From NCBI GenBank assembly GCA_950097015.1, contig CATNEN010000038.1, positions 5,146,001 through 5,210,000 of the forward strand: a stretch of 64,000 nucleotides of DNA, given 5' to 3'. A program made the position numbers and the translations under genes. Positions 25,502 to 37,732 of the stretch are shown here, one piece after another. The notes beneath the pieces are model-generated. The model saw only the letters and a program-made list of their open reading frames with translations, did no database searches and had not been told where the DNA came from. The stretch comes from Macrostomum hystrix. Taxonomy: Eukaryota > Animalia > Platyhelminthes. The number at the start of each line of letters is the position of its first letter. The first letter of the stretch is position 1.

Positions 25502-28500
25502 TCAGCACAACTGCTCTTGATTGTAGAAATCTGCTGAGCGAGTGGACAGCTGCTGCTGCTGCTGCAGTTGAGTTGAGGATAACGAAGCAACCTCAGGCTC
25601 CTCTGGGATGCCCAGACAGTGGCCTGGGGATCGAATCCTGGGCAGCGGGATCGGGGGCTGCGCAGCTCTCGCCTTGGCCGGGTGAGTTGGCGAACTGTCC
25701 GTGATTGCAGTCGGATGCTGGTGATACTGCTGCTGCTGTTGCTGATGAAAGTGTGAGTTAGGATGCTGTGGCTGGTAGGGCATCATCGAGGCAGCTGATG
25801 AAGCCACGGAGGAGAGAAACTGCTGAGAGTCTGCAAAGAGAGGCAGGAAGCCACTTTGTTAGCTTTATTTTTAACCAACAAAATCCAATCATGCTACTAA
25901 ACACAGCTAGACAAGTAGAAAGTTGATTTTGCATACTAAATATTGATAATTTCACATCAGCTCACTCTGATGCAGGTGATGCTGAGCTCCGTCCTCGCTG
26001 CCACCCCGACCGGAGTCAGCACTATCGCCGCCGTCAAATTCCTGCGTTTTGAAGGAGTTAAATTTTCTTTTGTTGTTAATTATCTCCGCCAAACCCGCAG
26101 TTCTACTCAGAAACTCTATTGCAACTGAAGACGTCTCAGAAACTGAGGAAGTGACGCCTCACAGACTGAGGAAGTGACGCCTCACAGACTGAGGAAGTGA
26201 CGCCTCACAGACTGCGGAAGTGACGGCTCAGGGACTGAGGAAGTGACGCCTCACTGACTGAGGAAGTGACGCCTCACAGACTGAGGAAGTGACGCCTCAC
26301 AGACTGAGGAAGTGACGCCTCACAGACTGAGGAAGTGACGCCTCACAGACTGCGGAAGTGACGTCTCAGGGACTGAGGAAGTGACGGCTCAGGGACTGAG
26401 GAAGTGACGCCTCACAGACTGAGGAAGTGACGCCTCACAGACTGAGGAAGTGACGCCTCACAGACTGCGGAAGTGAAGTCTCAGGGACTGAGGAAGTGAC
26501 GGCTCAGGGACTGAGGAAGTGACGCCTCAAAGACTGAGGAAGTGACGCCTCACAGACTGAGGAAGTGACGTCTCAGGGACTGAGGAAGTGACGGCTCAGG
26601 GACTGAGGAAGTGACGCCTCACAGACTGCGGAAGTGAAGTCTCAGGGACTGAGGAAGTGACGCCTCACAGACTGCGGAAGTGACGGCTCAGGGACTGAGG
26701 AAGTGACGCCTCACAGACTGCGGAAGTGACGCCTCACAGACTGCGGAAGTGACGTCTCAGGGACTGAGGAAGTGATGGCTCAGGGACTGAGGAAGTGACG
26801 TCTCAGGGACTGAGGAAGTGACGGCTCAGGGACTGAGGAAGTGACGCCTCACAGACTGAGGAAGTGACGCCTCACAGACTGAGGAAGTGACGCCTCAGAG
26901 ACGCTCTCAAATGCGCAGTTCTGCAATATCGAAAGTGGCAGCTACCCGAAACCCGCGAGGACACACGCACCTGCGCCCAATGTTCCATCCGTGTTTTGAG
27001 CGATGAGCAAAAAACATAGCAAGCAACTCTATTTCTGTTCTCATCTTAGACTGTTGCGCAATCGCCTTTTTAGATATTGAATATATTAGAAATCTGACCC
27101 GACAGCTCAAGCCCTTAGCGGGTTCGCATCATCTTCGAGCCACTCAAGTAGGCGGAACAAAACAAAGCAAATCACACTGGGAACAACTGACGTCTCAGTT
27201 TTCACTCCTCCGTCTCATACTCGCTAAATGCTCAGCTTTTTCTCAACAATTCCTTTTTGTTCACTCCTATTTAACTGATCCACCCTATAGCTGTTCCTTC
27301 AAGCCAGTTATTTGCTCCTTCTTTATAGTGGCAAGAACATCTTGAGTGACACATCACCTGGCCTGCCGTGTGCCGCATGCGTGACGGGGCTCAATTAGCG
27401 GTGAAGCTCAGCTCAGCACCCTGGCCCCTCAGTGCAAAAATTTAATGCTCCTAGCTTCGTCAATTCTAGAGAACACTGTTTCAAATAGTAGCTACATTGG
27501 GAGATATAAACAATGCTGATTAAGAACTCTGCTGCCTCTGCTGCCTTCAGTGTCTAGTCTAAACTCACAGTGACTCCCAGACCAGCTGCTGCTGCTGCTT
27601 TGATGGCATAGCGATAAGTTTTCGGATGAGGTCTGTGGCCCTCAGAAAATTCTAACTCAGTGATTCTGGTGCGAGAGGATTTTTCCACTGTACAAATACT
27701 GCCATTCTTATTTACACAGTTTAAGACTCGGAAATTTCCAGAATTCAATAATTTAAATTCATAACCTCACCTCATTGCCGGCCAGTAGCAGTTGCAACTG
27801 GGGCAGCTGGTAAAGCGGATGCTGAGGCGGAGGATAGCGCAACGTCGGATGCTTATGCTGGTGCGTGAAGTACAGCGGATGCAGCTGCTGCTGCATAATC
27901 ATAGGCATCATCTGAGAATCGTTCTGGCAGAAGGTCGTCATTTGCAGATGGTGCCGAGTTGGCGTACCATAGCTGCTGCCTTCGCCGCCGCTCTCTGCGC
28001 AGCCGAACATGAGCGAGTCCTGCGCTTCGCAGTTGTCCAGATGCCGGCAGTCATCGAGGGCAAACTGGCAGGACGCTGGCAGCGGCAGCGGTGGTGGAGG
28101 TGGAGAAGCCTTTTCAACGCCATTGCCGCATGAGGAGCCGCCCGCGGAAGAGGCGGCTCCAGCTGACCGTTGTCGCCGGCGCTGCCTGACGCAGACGATG
28201 GCAGACACCAGGCACAAGCTCACCATACCTGTGGCGGCTACCATGGCAACAATTATTGACAGGTTGACGCGGACTTCACGCAAGTGGCCGCTGTCTCCAG
28301 AGTAGCGCAGCACGTTAATCACGAGCTGTGTTTCAACGTAGAAAATCGTGTGGTCAGCATCCAAGGCTCTCACGGTCACAACATGCCGCCCTGGAGTCGG
28401 GCGGGCTACCAGTCGAACTACTCCGGACGCTGAGTCGATAGCAAGGAAAAATGACGCTTGGGACGGGGTCCCTGTTAATGGCTCGCCGACTGCGTCGATA

Positions 28501-30809
28501 AGCTGGTAAATAATTTTACTAGACTCGTCCGGGTCAGTTGCCTGCACTCTGGTGACGTCATCGTTTAGGCGGTGCGCAGTAGAGATGTTCACGTTGAAAT
28601 AGGACTCCATTGGGAACAACCAGACAGGCTTGCTGTCATTTTCATCCTCGACCACCACGGTGATTTCAGCTGTTGTGCTTAGCCGTGGCGTGGCATCTGA
28701 ATTCGTTGCCGACACTGACAGCAAGTAAACCGAATGAGCCTCTCGATCTAGCACCTGCGTCGTCCTTATTTGACCATCACTACTTACACGGAAGGGTCTC
28801 ATGATAGGCCGGATGTATCGATCGCTGTTTTCGCCTTCCCCTCCAAGAATTTTCGCGCGCACATCTAAGAGACGAAACTCCACGCGCGAGTTCGGCCCAG
28901 GAGCGTCAGGATCACTGACCCTAATTCGGTTTTCACCTTGATCAAATGGGATGGCGACTGTACCTTCAGGTGAATTTTCGCGCACTCTGAACTGACGCTG
29001 GGTTAATACTTCAGGAGCATTGTCGTTTAGGTCAACTACGCTGATGGTAACGCTAGCGGTCGCTGTGTGCTGAGTGCCATCGGCATCAGGTGTGTCCACA
29101 ACCTGCAATGCAAACACCAGGCAATCGTTAGGCAGCCGCAGTGTGTCCCGGTCGATTTCCGATTTCACCCTGATGAGTCCAGTTGCTCGGCTAACACCCT
29201 GCCGGCTTGACAAGCTCGACTCATTATGCTCAACAATCTCAAAGAAGCGGCCATGTGATGCAGTTCCATCGTCAAGAATTTTAAAGGTCAGCTTTTCGTT
29301 CCTGTCTCTGTCGACAGCTTCAATACTGAGCACGGTTCTTGATACACCAGTGACATCGTTCAGTCCATTGGACTCTTCAACAGTGCCATTGTAGAACGAT
29401 GACTGAAACTTCGGCGTAAATTCGTTCACATTCACAATTTTAATCTGCACCAGTTTGTACGATGACATCGGAGGAGAGCCATTATCGCGACAGTCGATTT
29501 TGACGTTCGTCTGAGTAAGGTCTTCGTAGTCCAGAGACTTTCTGCTGTGGAGCATGTAATGCTTATTATCAGAGTCTCCTTTTAAAAGAAACTGGGCGGC
29601 ACCAGGCTCACCCAGCTGACACGAGGTGCGTCCGTTTTCTTCCATATCTCCATCGGTCACCTCAATTAATGCGAGAGAGTTTTCAGAGTTGGAATTTTCA
29701 GTTACTGACACCACCCCAAGGCTCACAGCTGTACCAGATGTTCCATGCTGCTGCCACCCATGATTCATCGGAATGACAGATATATTTGGCGCATGATCGT
29801 TAGCATCCATTACTGTGAGTTTAAAGCTTGTCACTGCCTGACGATTAGGCGTGCCATTGTCCGAGACTTGCACCCGTACAGTGTAATTCGACTTGATGCG
29901 CGCGTCAAGTCTACGTTTTAGTCTAACCTGTCCTGTTGTTGCGTTAATGACAAAAGTCTCGATCACCTTCAAATCACCTGTGATGCTGTACGTAAGCCTT
30001 CCATTCTCACCACTGTCCGGGTCGAAGGCTGTGACATCCGCCACAAGTCCTCCAACTGGCAGCGTGTCAGGCACCTCGGGCCAGCTTTCGGGCGTCACAA
30101 ATGGAGCGTTGTCGTTCCGATCATGGACTCGAATTAACAAACGTTGGCTTGAGCACTTAGGGTTCAAGCCTCCATCGCAAGCTGTCAAATTCAGCAAGTG
30201 CTGGTGCGCAGTCTCGTAGTCAAGAGCCGGTGCACCCTTGGCCAGTACAAGGTAGAGTGCGCCATGTTGGTCGCTTTTTTTCAGATCAAACAGGCCCTTG
30301 CCACCAGAGAGATAGTAGCGGCCCTTAACCAATATTCCGTTGTCTCCAACGTCGGCATCCGTGGCCATATCAAGCGGGCACTGAAATTCCATGTCGCCTT
30401 CTTCAATAACGAGCTCTTTTTGCGGTTCCTTAAATACCGGCGCGTTGTCGTTGATGTCCTCGATGGTGACCCGCACTACAGTCCGACTGTTGCCAGCGAA
30501 AGCGTTGAGCTCTATTATACATGGCCGGGTCTCGCTGACATCGGGACACGCGACTGGGTCCTCGCGATCGATGCGTGAATTTGTGCGCACGTTGCTGACC
30601 TCGTCGATGTAAAAGTACGGCGACTCGGGCATCAGCAGAAACTTAGATAGGTTGCTGGGACTGCCCAACGCTTTCCAAATATTACCCACTGAGGCGTTCG
30701 AGTCGGTTGCTTCTTTGACGCTGAAGCTCACCTGGCGGCTGGCGGCTAGGACGATGCCAGTAAAACTTGCTGCCCATAGCAACCAACCTATGATGGTCGG
30801 CCCAGGCAT
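25502..30809 (-). CDS. Delta-type (delta1-like) protocadherin, about 1147 aa
   Basis: Exon 30809-27771 holds a signal peptide, 7 cadherin repeats (DRE, DINDNAP, DRNDNAP, DANDHAP, NVNEFTP, DLNDNAP, DENDSKP) and a TM helix, ending at donor GAG|GTGAGG. Exon 26041-25966 encodes DSADSGRGGSE, resembling the conserved delta-protocadherin cytoplasmic DSG-x-G-x-S motif. Exon 25830-25502 runs to the stop. All phases are consistent. Confidence 0.92.
26128..26898. repeat. 23-bp minisatellite (ACTGAGGAAGTGACGCCTCACAG)n, about 33 units, in protocadherin intron
   Basis: Tandem repeat with a few variant units. Confidence 0.96.
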
Positions 30810-32195
30810 AATACTATCTTGTGTAGTCCTTGTTTTAGTGCTTTATCTTGCGTGCGAGGTGTGCATTAGTTTCAGATCATATCATCCGCTTATCATCCTC
30901 CACATAAGCAGTCTGCGTTGTTGATGCAGTCTCAGGAATCTGTGGGGAGATTTCAAGGGTGGTTCCGAGTGATCTCCACAGGGTACTTCAACTTTCATTA
31001 ATGCCTCAAAATGTGAAATTGCTCCCCAAATTACGTTCTTTACTCGAGAACTTGAGATGGCGATTAGCTCAAGTCGAGCGTTTTTGTGTGGCCTCTAACG
31101 AAAACAGCCCCGCCGCGTTATATAATAATCGATTGAAGCTACTGCCCGTCACAAAAATCAAGAAATCATCTGTGCATGTATATGTATATCCAGCGGATTA
31201 ATAAAATAGGATAAGTGATTTAGAATTTATACGACTTAAGCTTACAGATTTTTCTGGGAAAAATTCACCGAGAAAGCTGAGAGAGCTAGATGTGGAGGGA
31301 CACACTCGGTCTCCATTGTGTGAGAACAATGGCAGTTCTAAGGCCTATTTATCTCCACTGCCTTTGCACTAACGTCTGTTGTTAGCCGGCATGGTCACCT
31401 AATTCGAGGTCTTTCCCACAACCCCTAGCCCCGAGGCGAGTTTCTAGTGTCTCCGCACTAGGGGATCACACTGCATTCTCGCTGAAGCTTGTATCCATGC
31501 GGCCGCTATAAGGGGCAAGACAGACTCTGATGAGCTGCCCTGTTTCGCTTACAACGGCCTGCGTTTCCTTTCAACAATTTTCTGATGTTTTTTGCCTTTA
31601 CCTGTCTTGCCGTTTCCTCCCCGTTGTCCTATCCCATCTCTAAGGAATCCTGAGAGGCTTGTCGGACAGTGCTAGCCTTTTGTTAAACTGAAAATAACAA
31701 GCACGAAATAGACAACCCGTGAGCTCGGGAGAATAACAGGAAGATGCAATTAAATGACTTCTGCTTGTGTCTCTTGCGTGTCGCCAGGCTCAATGAGAAC
31801 GCATAGCGCTGGGACCTCGGATTCAAATTGCTGATGAATTGGCTACTTTGAGATTAGACAATCCTATTCTTACGTGTAGCTGCAGGGAATCGACCAGCTG
31901 CTACCACGGGCCATTGGCATCAGATTTCTTAGCCCGAAAAAAATAAAAGCTCAAAAGATTTGACAGGGATTTAGGGGGAAGGACACTCGGTCTGCAGTAA
32001 AGCTCTGGACCACGATCGTGTGGCAATTTTATATGAAAATATGAAGATTGAATTCTCGAAAACTATCGATTTCATAGCATTATTATACATTTATTATGGC
32101 ATCTAAAATTTTTTATCTGGATTACACAGTTAATGCAGTAAATTATTCAGTAAATAAAAGTTGCAGATAGATATGTAAGGTAGATACGAGCGCCG

Positions 32196-32196
<1 letters not shown>

Positions 32197-32289
<93 letters not shown>

Positions 32290-32290
32290 T

Positions 32291-32342
<52 letters not shown>
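32197..32342. repeat. (GATA)n microsatellite
   Basis: Direct observation. Confidence 0.97.
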
Positions 32343-33842
32343 GAGCCCTGCGTACCGCTGTTCAGTCCATGGACTGGGGAACCCTCCCTAATTTTCTATC
32401 TCAACTGTACTCATTTTACAGTTGGGTGAACTGAAGCACTAGATAATTAGTACACAGATTGCTAAGATTCGAACTCCTGGTCTGAAGCTCCACATCGAAG
32501 TTAATCTGTTAGCTTTATAACTTTGTGAATAATTGCATGCTCCGGCTTGAGGAGCGCATATGCGTATTGTGTCACGAGTTGCGACTGGCAGCACAATTGG
32601 CCTCCAGAATCTGGGTCCGCGAAATGCGATTCCCACGCGCAAAAAGAGAATATTCTTGTCGACTATATGGACAGAATAGCAGCATGCAGGATTTTCTGTT
32701 TAATTTCTGAGAAACAACAGGGATAGCGTTTTCGCTGCTTGCTGATTCTGTTCTGTGGCACCAGAGACAGATAGATCAGGGCCTTTCTTGCTGACTGGTG
32801 TTTCATGGGGGTAACTTGGCCCGACACAACCCAGGCTTAGTCGACCAGTTTTTTGTCAGTAACAAACTGGCAGCAAAAAATTAATCCAAAAGAAATTTCT
32901 AACTTCAAGCTGGTCTGGTGGCGCCTGATTTAGACCCATTTAGACCCATCCTCTATCAACTAGCTCGCGATAGAGTCTGTCAACTCGAAGCTGGAAGCCT
33001 GAAGTCAATCTGAAGCCATTGCAATCTTTTGTCAATTTTGTAAAATGCGTGTTTTAATGTCTGCAGATATTCTTTAAGGAATTGAATAGGGCCTGGGGCT
33101 GCTGCTTACGATGCATTTGACACGGAAATGACAGAATCAATGCCTGTTGCCAATCACTCTTTCTCGCTCCCCTTCAGTTCAATTTTTTCATCACAATTCA
33201 ACTTAAAGTCCCCCTGTTCCCCTCTCTCGAGACTAAAAATGAAGTAATCTTTCTATCATGAAAACAACTCACCGCTTGATGAAGTAAAAAATTGAGTCAC
33301 CTAGCACCGGAGTTCTAGTCTTGTGCGGGAGCCAACACAGTCGCGTGTGAGCAGAAGAAACCCGACAACCTGGCCAGCCTGACCAAGTGGACTCAAGCAA
33401 TATTTCTGTTTGCTGAGCTTCTGCCCGCCAAGGGAATAAAATCTTCCCTGATTAGGGGCACAATTGAGGATTAATTAAAGGCCCAACCAGACCGCCTAAT
33501 GCAAAGAAAGAGTTGGTCTTCAGATTTCGAACGCACAATAATCCTTCCTCCAGGGAGCCACAGAAGAGGTGGACTTTGCTGAGCAAGGTCGGGCCATACC
33601 AACTCTTACTCTAGCCATAAGCCTGTTACTCGTATTTAGACATAATAACGAATCCCTATAGTGCGAGTTTGCCGTTATTAAAGTCGGCAGACGAAACAGC
33701 GGTCTGCTGATCTGCGAAGTAGCAAAAAAAGTTGTTTAGATTAGAAAGGAAAATGAGCCGCCCGTTCTGAACGGAGTTTTTCATCGCATAAGTTTTTGTT
33801 TTAATTTTAGTATGACTCTTTGCCTTCACCTTTGCAACAGAT

Positions 33843-33843
<1 letters not shown>

Positions 33844-33875
<32 letters not shown>

Positions 33876-33899
33876 GGCAGCAGCAGCAGCAGCAGCAGG

Positions 33900-33932
<33 letters not shown>

Positions 33933-33951
33933 GGCAGCAGCAGCAGCAGCA

Positions 33952-34007
<56 letters not shown>

Positions 34008-34010
34008 GGC
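33844..34010. repeat. Interrupted (CAG)n microsatellite, apparently non-coding
   Basis: Direct observation; no supporting exon context. Confidence 0.9.
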
Positions 34011-34929
34011 AAGCTGAGTCATTAGAGATTCGCAGCAATGGCACACGATGAATTCTATTTCACTTCATCTCGTCGTCTCTCAGGCTGCCTTCTGATAAAA
34101 AAGCCAGCATTCCCTCACTCCTCAGTTGAGAGAGGAGAGTGAGGAGTCCGAATTGGCTCCTTGACATTTGGGCGGGAATTGTTTTTCCCGACGCTCCCCT
34201 CTTCCCACGGGAGCATTGCCAATCGCCTCTCGCGCTCGGAGGATCTAAGCTTTGACAAAAACAGCTTTGCAGAATGCTCTCCGTTGGTCCACTGTTTTGA
34301 CTGTACGCCCCTCCCCAGCAGCGCGTGTCCAGCAACTGATGCCCCGCTGGGAAATCCCTTTAGGATTTAGAGTGCCGTCGGGAATGACATCGCGGGACGG
34401 ATCAGCCTGACGAGGACAATCCCGCAGTCTCCGAGCGCCATCGCTGACCTCGGAACTGCCGATTGGCGCGTTGATATTCCCCCGAGCGAGGCACCGCATC
34501 TGTCTTGCCCGACCCGCTCGACCACCGAGCGGCAAACATTAATACTCCGAGTGTCATTTGCATGATGCGATTGTCAGCATTGCAGCTTTCATCTGCCTGA
34601 CTTCGTGCTTTGAGAGTCTTTAAAACCAGGGCCACATTTTTTATTAAACTTTCGATTTTTCATTGTTTGCGATGCCATGTGGCGGTTCGCGTACCATCGC
34701 GTGCCTCCGCTTCGGCTAGAACTTTTCTGAACTGATTTTGCTTCTGGTCAGTGAAATCGGTATAGAAACTTTGCAGCATCATAAAGGATCTGCTGTCGAA
34801 AGTAGTGAAATTAGTATCGGCTTGAACGAATACACAAAGTTTTTCAATAAAAAATGGTACATTTTTTTAAATAACAGGCGTTATATTAAGAAAATTAGAA
34901 ATAAAAAATTGGTCGATTATAAATCTACG

Positions 34930-35062
34930 AAATCTAGTTGTAGATTTACGTAGTTGTCTACCTGAAATCTAGTTGTCTACCTGAAATCTAGTTGTCTACC
35001 TGAAATCTAGTTGTCTACCTGAAATCTAGTTGTCTACCTGAAATCTAGTTGTCTACTGAAAT
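34930..35062. repeat. 19-bp minisatellite (AAATCTAGTTGTCTACCTG)n, about 6 units
   Basis: Direct observation. Confidence 0.9.
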
Positions 35063-36889
35063 TTCGCTGTCTATGAAAATAGGAAAGAATCGAGCCAAAG
35101 CACAAGCCGTCAGAAATTCCTTTCAGCCGATCATTTCGCTAATAAATTAAGAAGCAAATTAAAAGAGCAATCAATCTAATCGATTTGGATAATCCAGTTA
35201 AAACATATTTTTGGCAGTGCATGAGAATGCATGAGTATGGTAGCAGCTAGCCACTGTATATAAGCCTGTTTTCCAGGAAATTGACTCTGAATTAATAACT
35301 TATCAGCCTAATGGACAAAAACGTAGGCCAGCGATTCTAGTAGCTAGAAAAAACAACTGGGAGACCCAATAGAGTAACTTTCTCTCATTGAAATATCTGC
35401 TGTCAGCTCTGCGCACATGCAGTGTGAAAGTGGGTATGTTGTAGGACCCAGGCACAGCTGCCCCGCGCCATCTGCCACTCTCCTCTGCACCGCTCACTGA
35501 CAAGTTGCAAGCTGCGGGCACTGGCAGACAGCCCCTGGTGACCTCGGGTCCAAGTTATTAAAGCTTCTGCCTGGTTGGTGCCAGAGAGGAAATGCATTTT
35601 AGGCCTCTTAATGATGCTTCTGTGTCAGTCGCCATCTCTCACAGACTTCCTATACCCCCACTACCCAGGTCGTCCAAGGCAAGCAATGCCACTTAGAAAG
35701 TTGTCTGGCATTGTACCATCATCTTCTGATTTCCAATGGACTGTTTTTTTAGCTATTATGCCAACAGTCTTTAGACACTGCATTGGCAGCAGAGAAATTC
35801 GAATTTGAAAAGACTTTATGGATGAGGGCGGCAAAGTGACCGGATACAAAGCAAACAACTCAGCAGATTCCGAAGATAGCGGTCAACTGGCAGCTTAACT
35901 GTAGTCAACTGGGTTGTTATGGGCGGTAGCATTCGTCATTAATCTTTATAGGGGACAGTGGGACACGGAGACAGGTAGAAAAATACTTCATACAGATAGT
36001 GGGGGGAGACAGGGTAGGGATTAGAGACATTATTTAGGCGCCCAAACTTGATTTATGGTGCCTGATTCAGCAACCGAAATGTAGCAATCGACCTCAGCTT
36101 GACCCTCTGCCGCACCTATAGACCGAAAATACCGGCTTTCGGGGTGGATTCATTCGCCATCGAGTCCGCAGCCAAACTTGCCCACATCTGCTGTTTTATG
36201 AGCAGCCGCAGTCACCCAGACTGCTCAGCCTGGGTCACATCAGCCCCGCAGCGAATAATTAATCACCTAAACTCAAATTGACCGCCCGACACTGATTTCC
36301 TGCTGCTGCTGCTTTTACAGGAATGTATCCCAAAGAAGAAACCTGCATTCTACTTTAAACTGGCACAGTGCGATATCGTGAGCACTAAGCTGCAGTTGTC
36401 TCAAATGACATGCGGGCTATCGTTGAGAACTAAACGGAGAATGAGATCGGAGATTAGTGGCCTCAACTGGGTGAGTGGAGGCTGCGGACCGGATTATCTC
36501 AATCGATGAGTCAGAAAAATTTAATTTGCTTTTTTTGTTCGTTAAATTTTTTTGAATCGTCAAATCAAACGAGCTAGCTTACTCATTCGCTGCCTTTTTC
36601 AGTGTGCGTTTTTTGGCTTGTCTAACTGCATCAGCATGAAATGCAAACTGCTTGTGCTTGCACTCACGCTATGGCATATGCTAGGGCGCTCTGCATCAAC
36701 ATCGACTGAGCGAACTGGAAAATGTAAACTGACTGCCGTGAAACAACCCCAATAAAGTCCGGCGCATAGCTAGCAATCTGGCCTCTTATTAGGGCTTATC
36801 TGGTCTGCGTTTTACACTTGATGGCCTTCCTGTGTAGTGTCTTCGCACCTTATGCCTCAAAAAAATAATAATTATAGATTTGAGTACGA

Positions 36890-37030
<141 letters not shown>

Positions 37031-37654
37031 CCGATCAAATCCAATAGAAAAAGAAGCAAGCTGGAAAGTACAAATTTACCTCCTTTATCGATTTTCCAGT
37101 TGAGCTGAGCTCAGAATGCCACTGAATGAAGCACAGAACAGGTCTTTGGTTGCTTCACAGTTTAAGAGGGCGACAGAATATCGATACAGGGATAGGAGAA
37201 AAAATCGAAGCTCTGAGTTGTTGATTTTCGCGGGTCAATCTTCTTCAGAGCTCGGAACCCGAACGCGAGCCTCAGTCAAGCTTAAAACAAATCTCCTGCT
37301 GCCGCGTGCACCGCCTCATGGCATCCATTATCCCATCAGGGCCAGATGCTACTGGGCTCTCGACCCGATCCCATTGGTTCAAGACCATTCACCCACTAAG
37401 GCGTTTTTGCAAGGAAACACAGCAGTAGCGACCCAGCCAATGAAGTTAAGCCCTGATTCAAAACTGCCGTCCCGTGTATCGGGATTGCACACACTAAATT
37501 CTTAGTCCATATCTAGCTGAAACTATTTGCCGCGTGTCTTTAAATTCATTCTTTACAGACTGCGCTATCTCGAGTTAATTTTCTTGGTCCTGATCTTAGG
37601 ATAAAGGATCTCAAAATTATTACATTGGGATTACCCGTTTAACAGTTGGCTGAA

Positions 37655-37732
37655 CTGTCCAGTGGAGTCGGGAATCGAACACCCGACCTTTAAGTCGTGA
37701 GTCCGATGCTGTAACCACTAGCCTACAACCTC
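37655..37732 (-). mobile_element. SINE family A head fragment
   Basis: CCAGTGGAGTCGGGAATCGAAC ... GTCGTGAGTCCGA ... CTACAACC. Confidence 0.7.

Noticed and set aside
31510-31550. CTGATGAG hammerhead-like word
   Set aside because: No stem II followed by GAAA and no NUH site in the correct order
33656-34046. PolyL/polyA/polyC ORFs (also at 1079-1410)
   Set aside because: Alternative-frame readings of CAG tracts
35403-35597. RNase H-like word ITWTRGHQG
   Set aside because: Single short motif with no other catalytic residues or RT nearby
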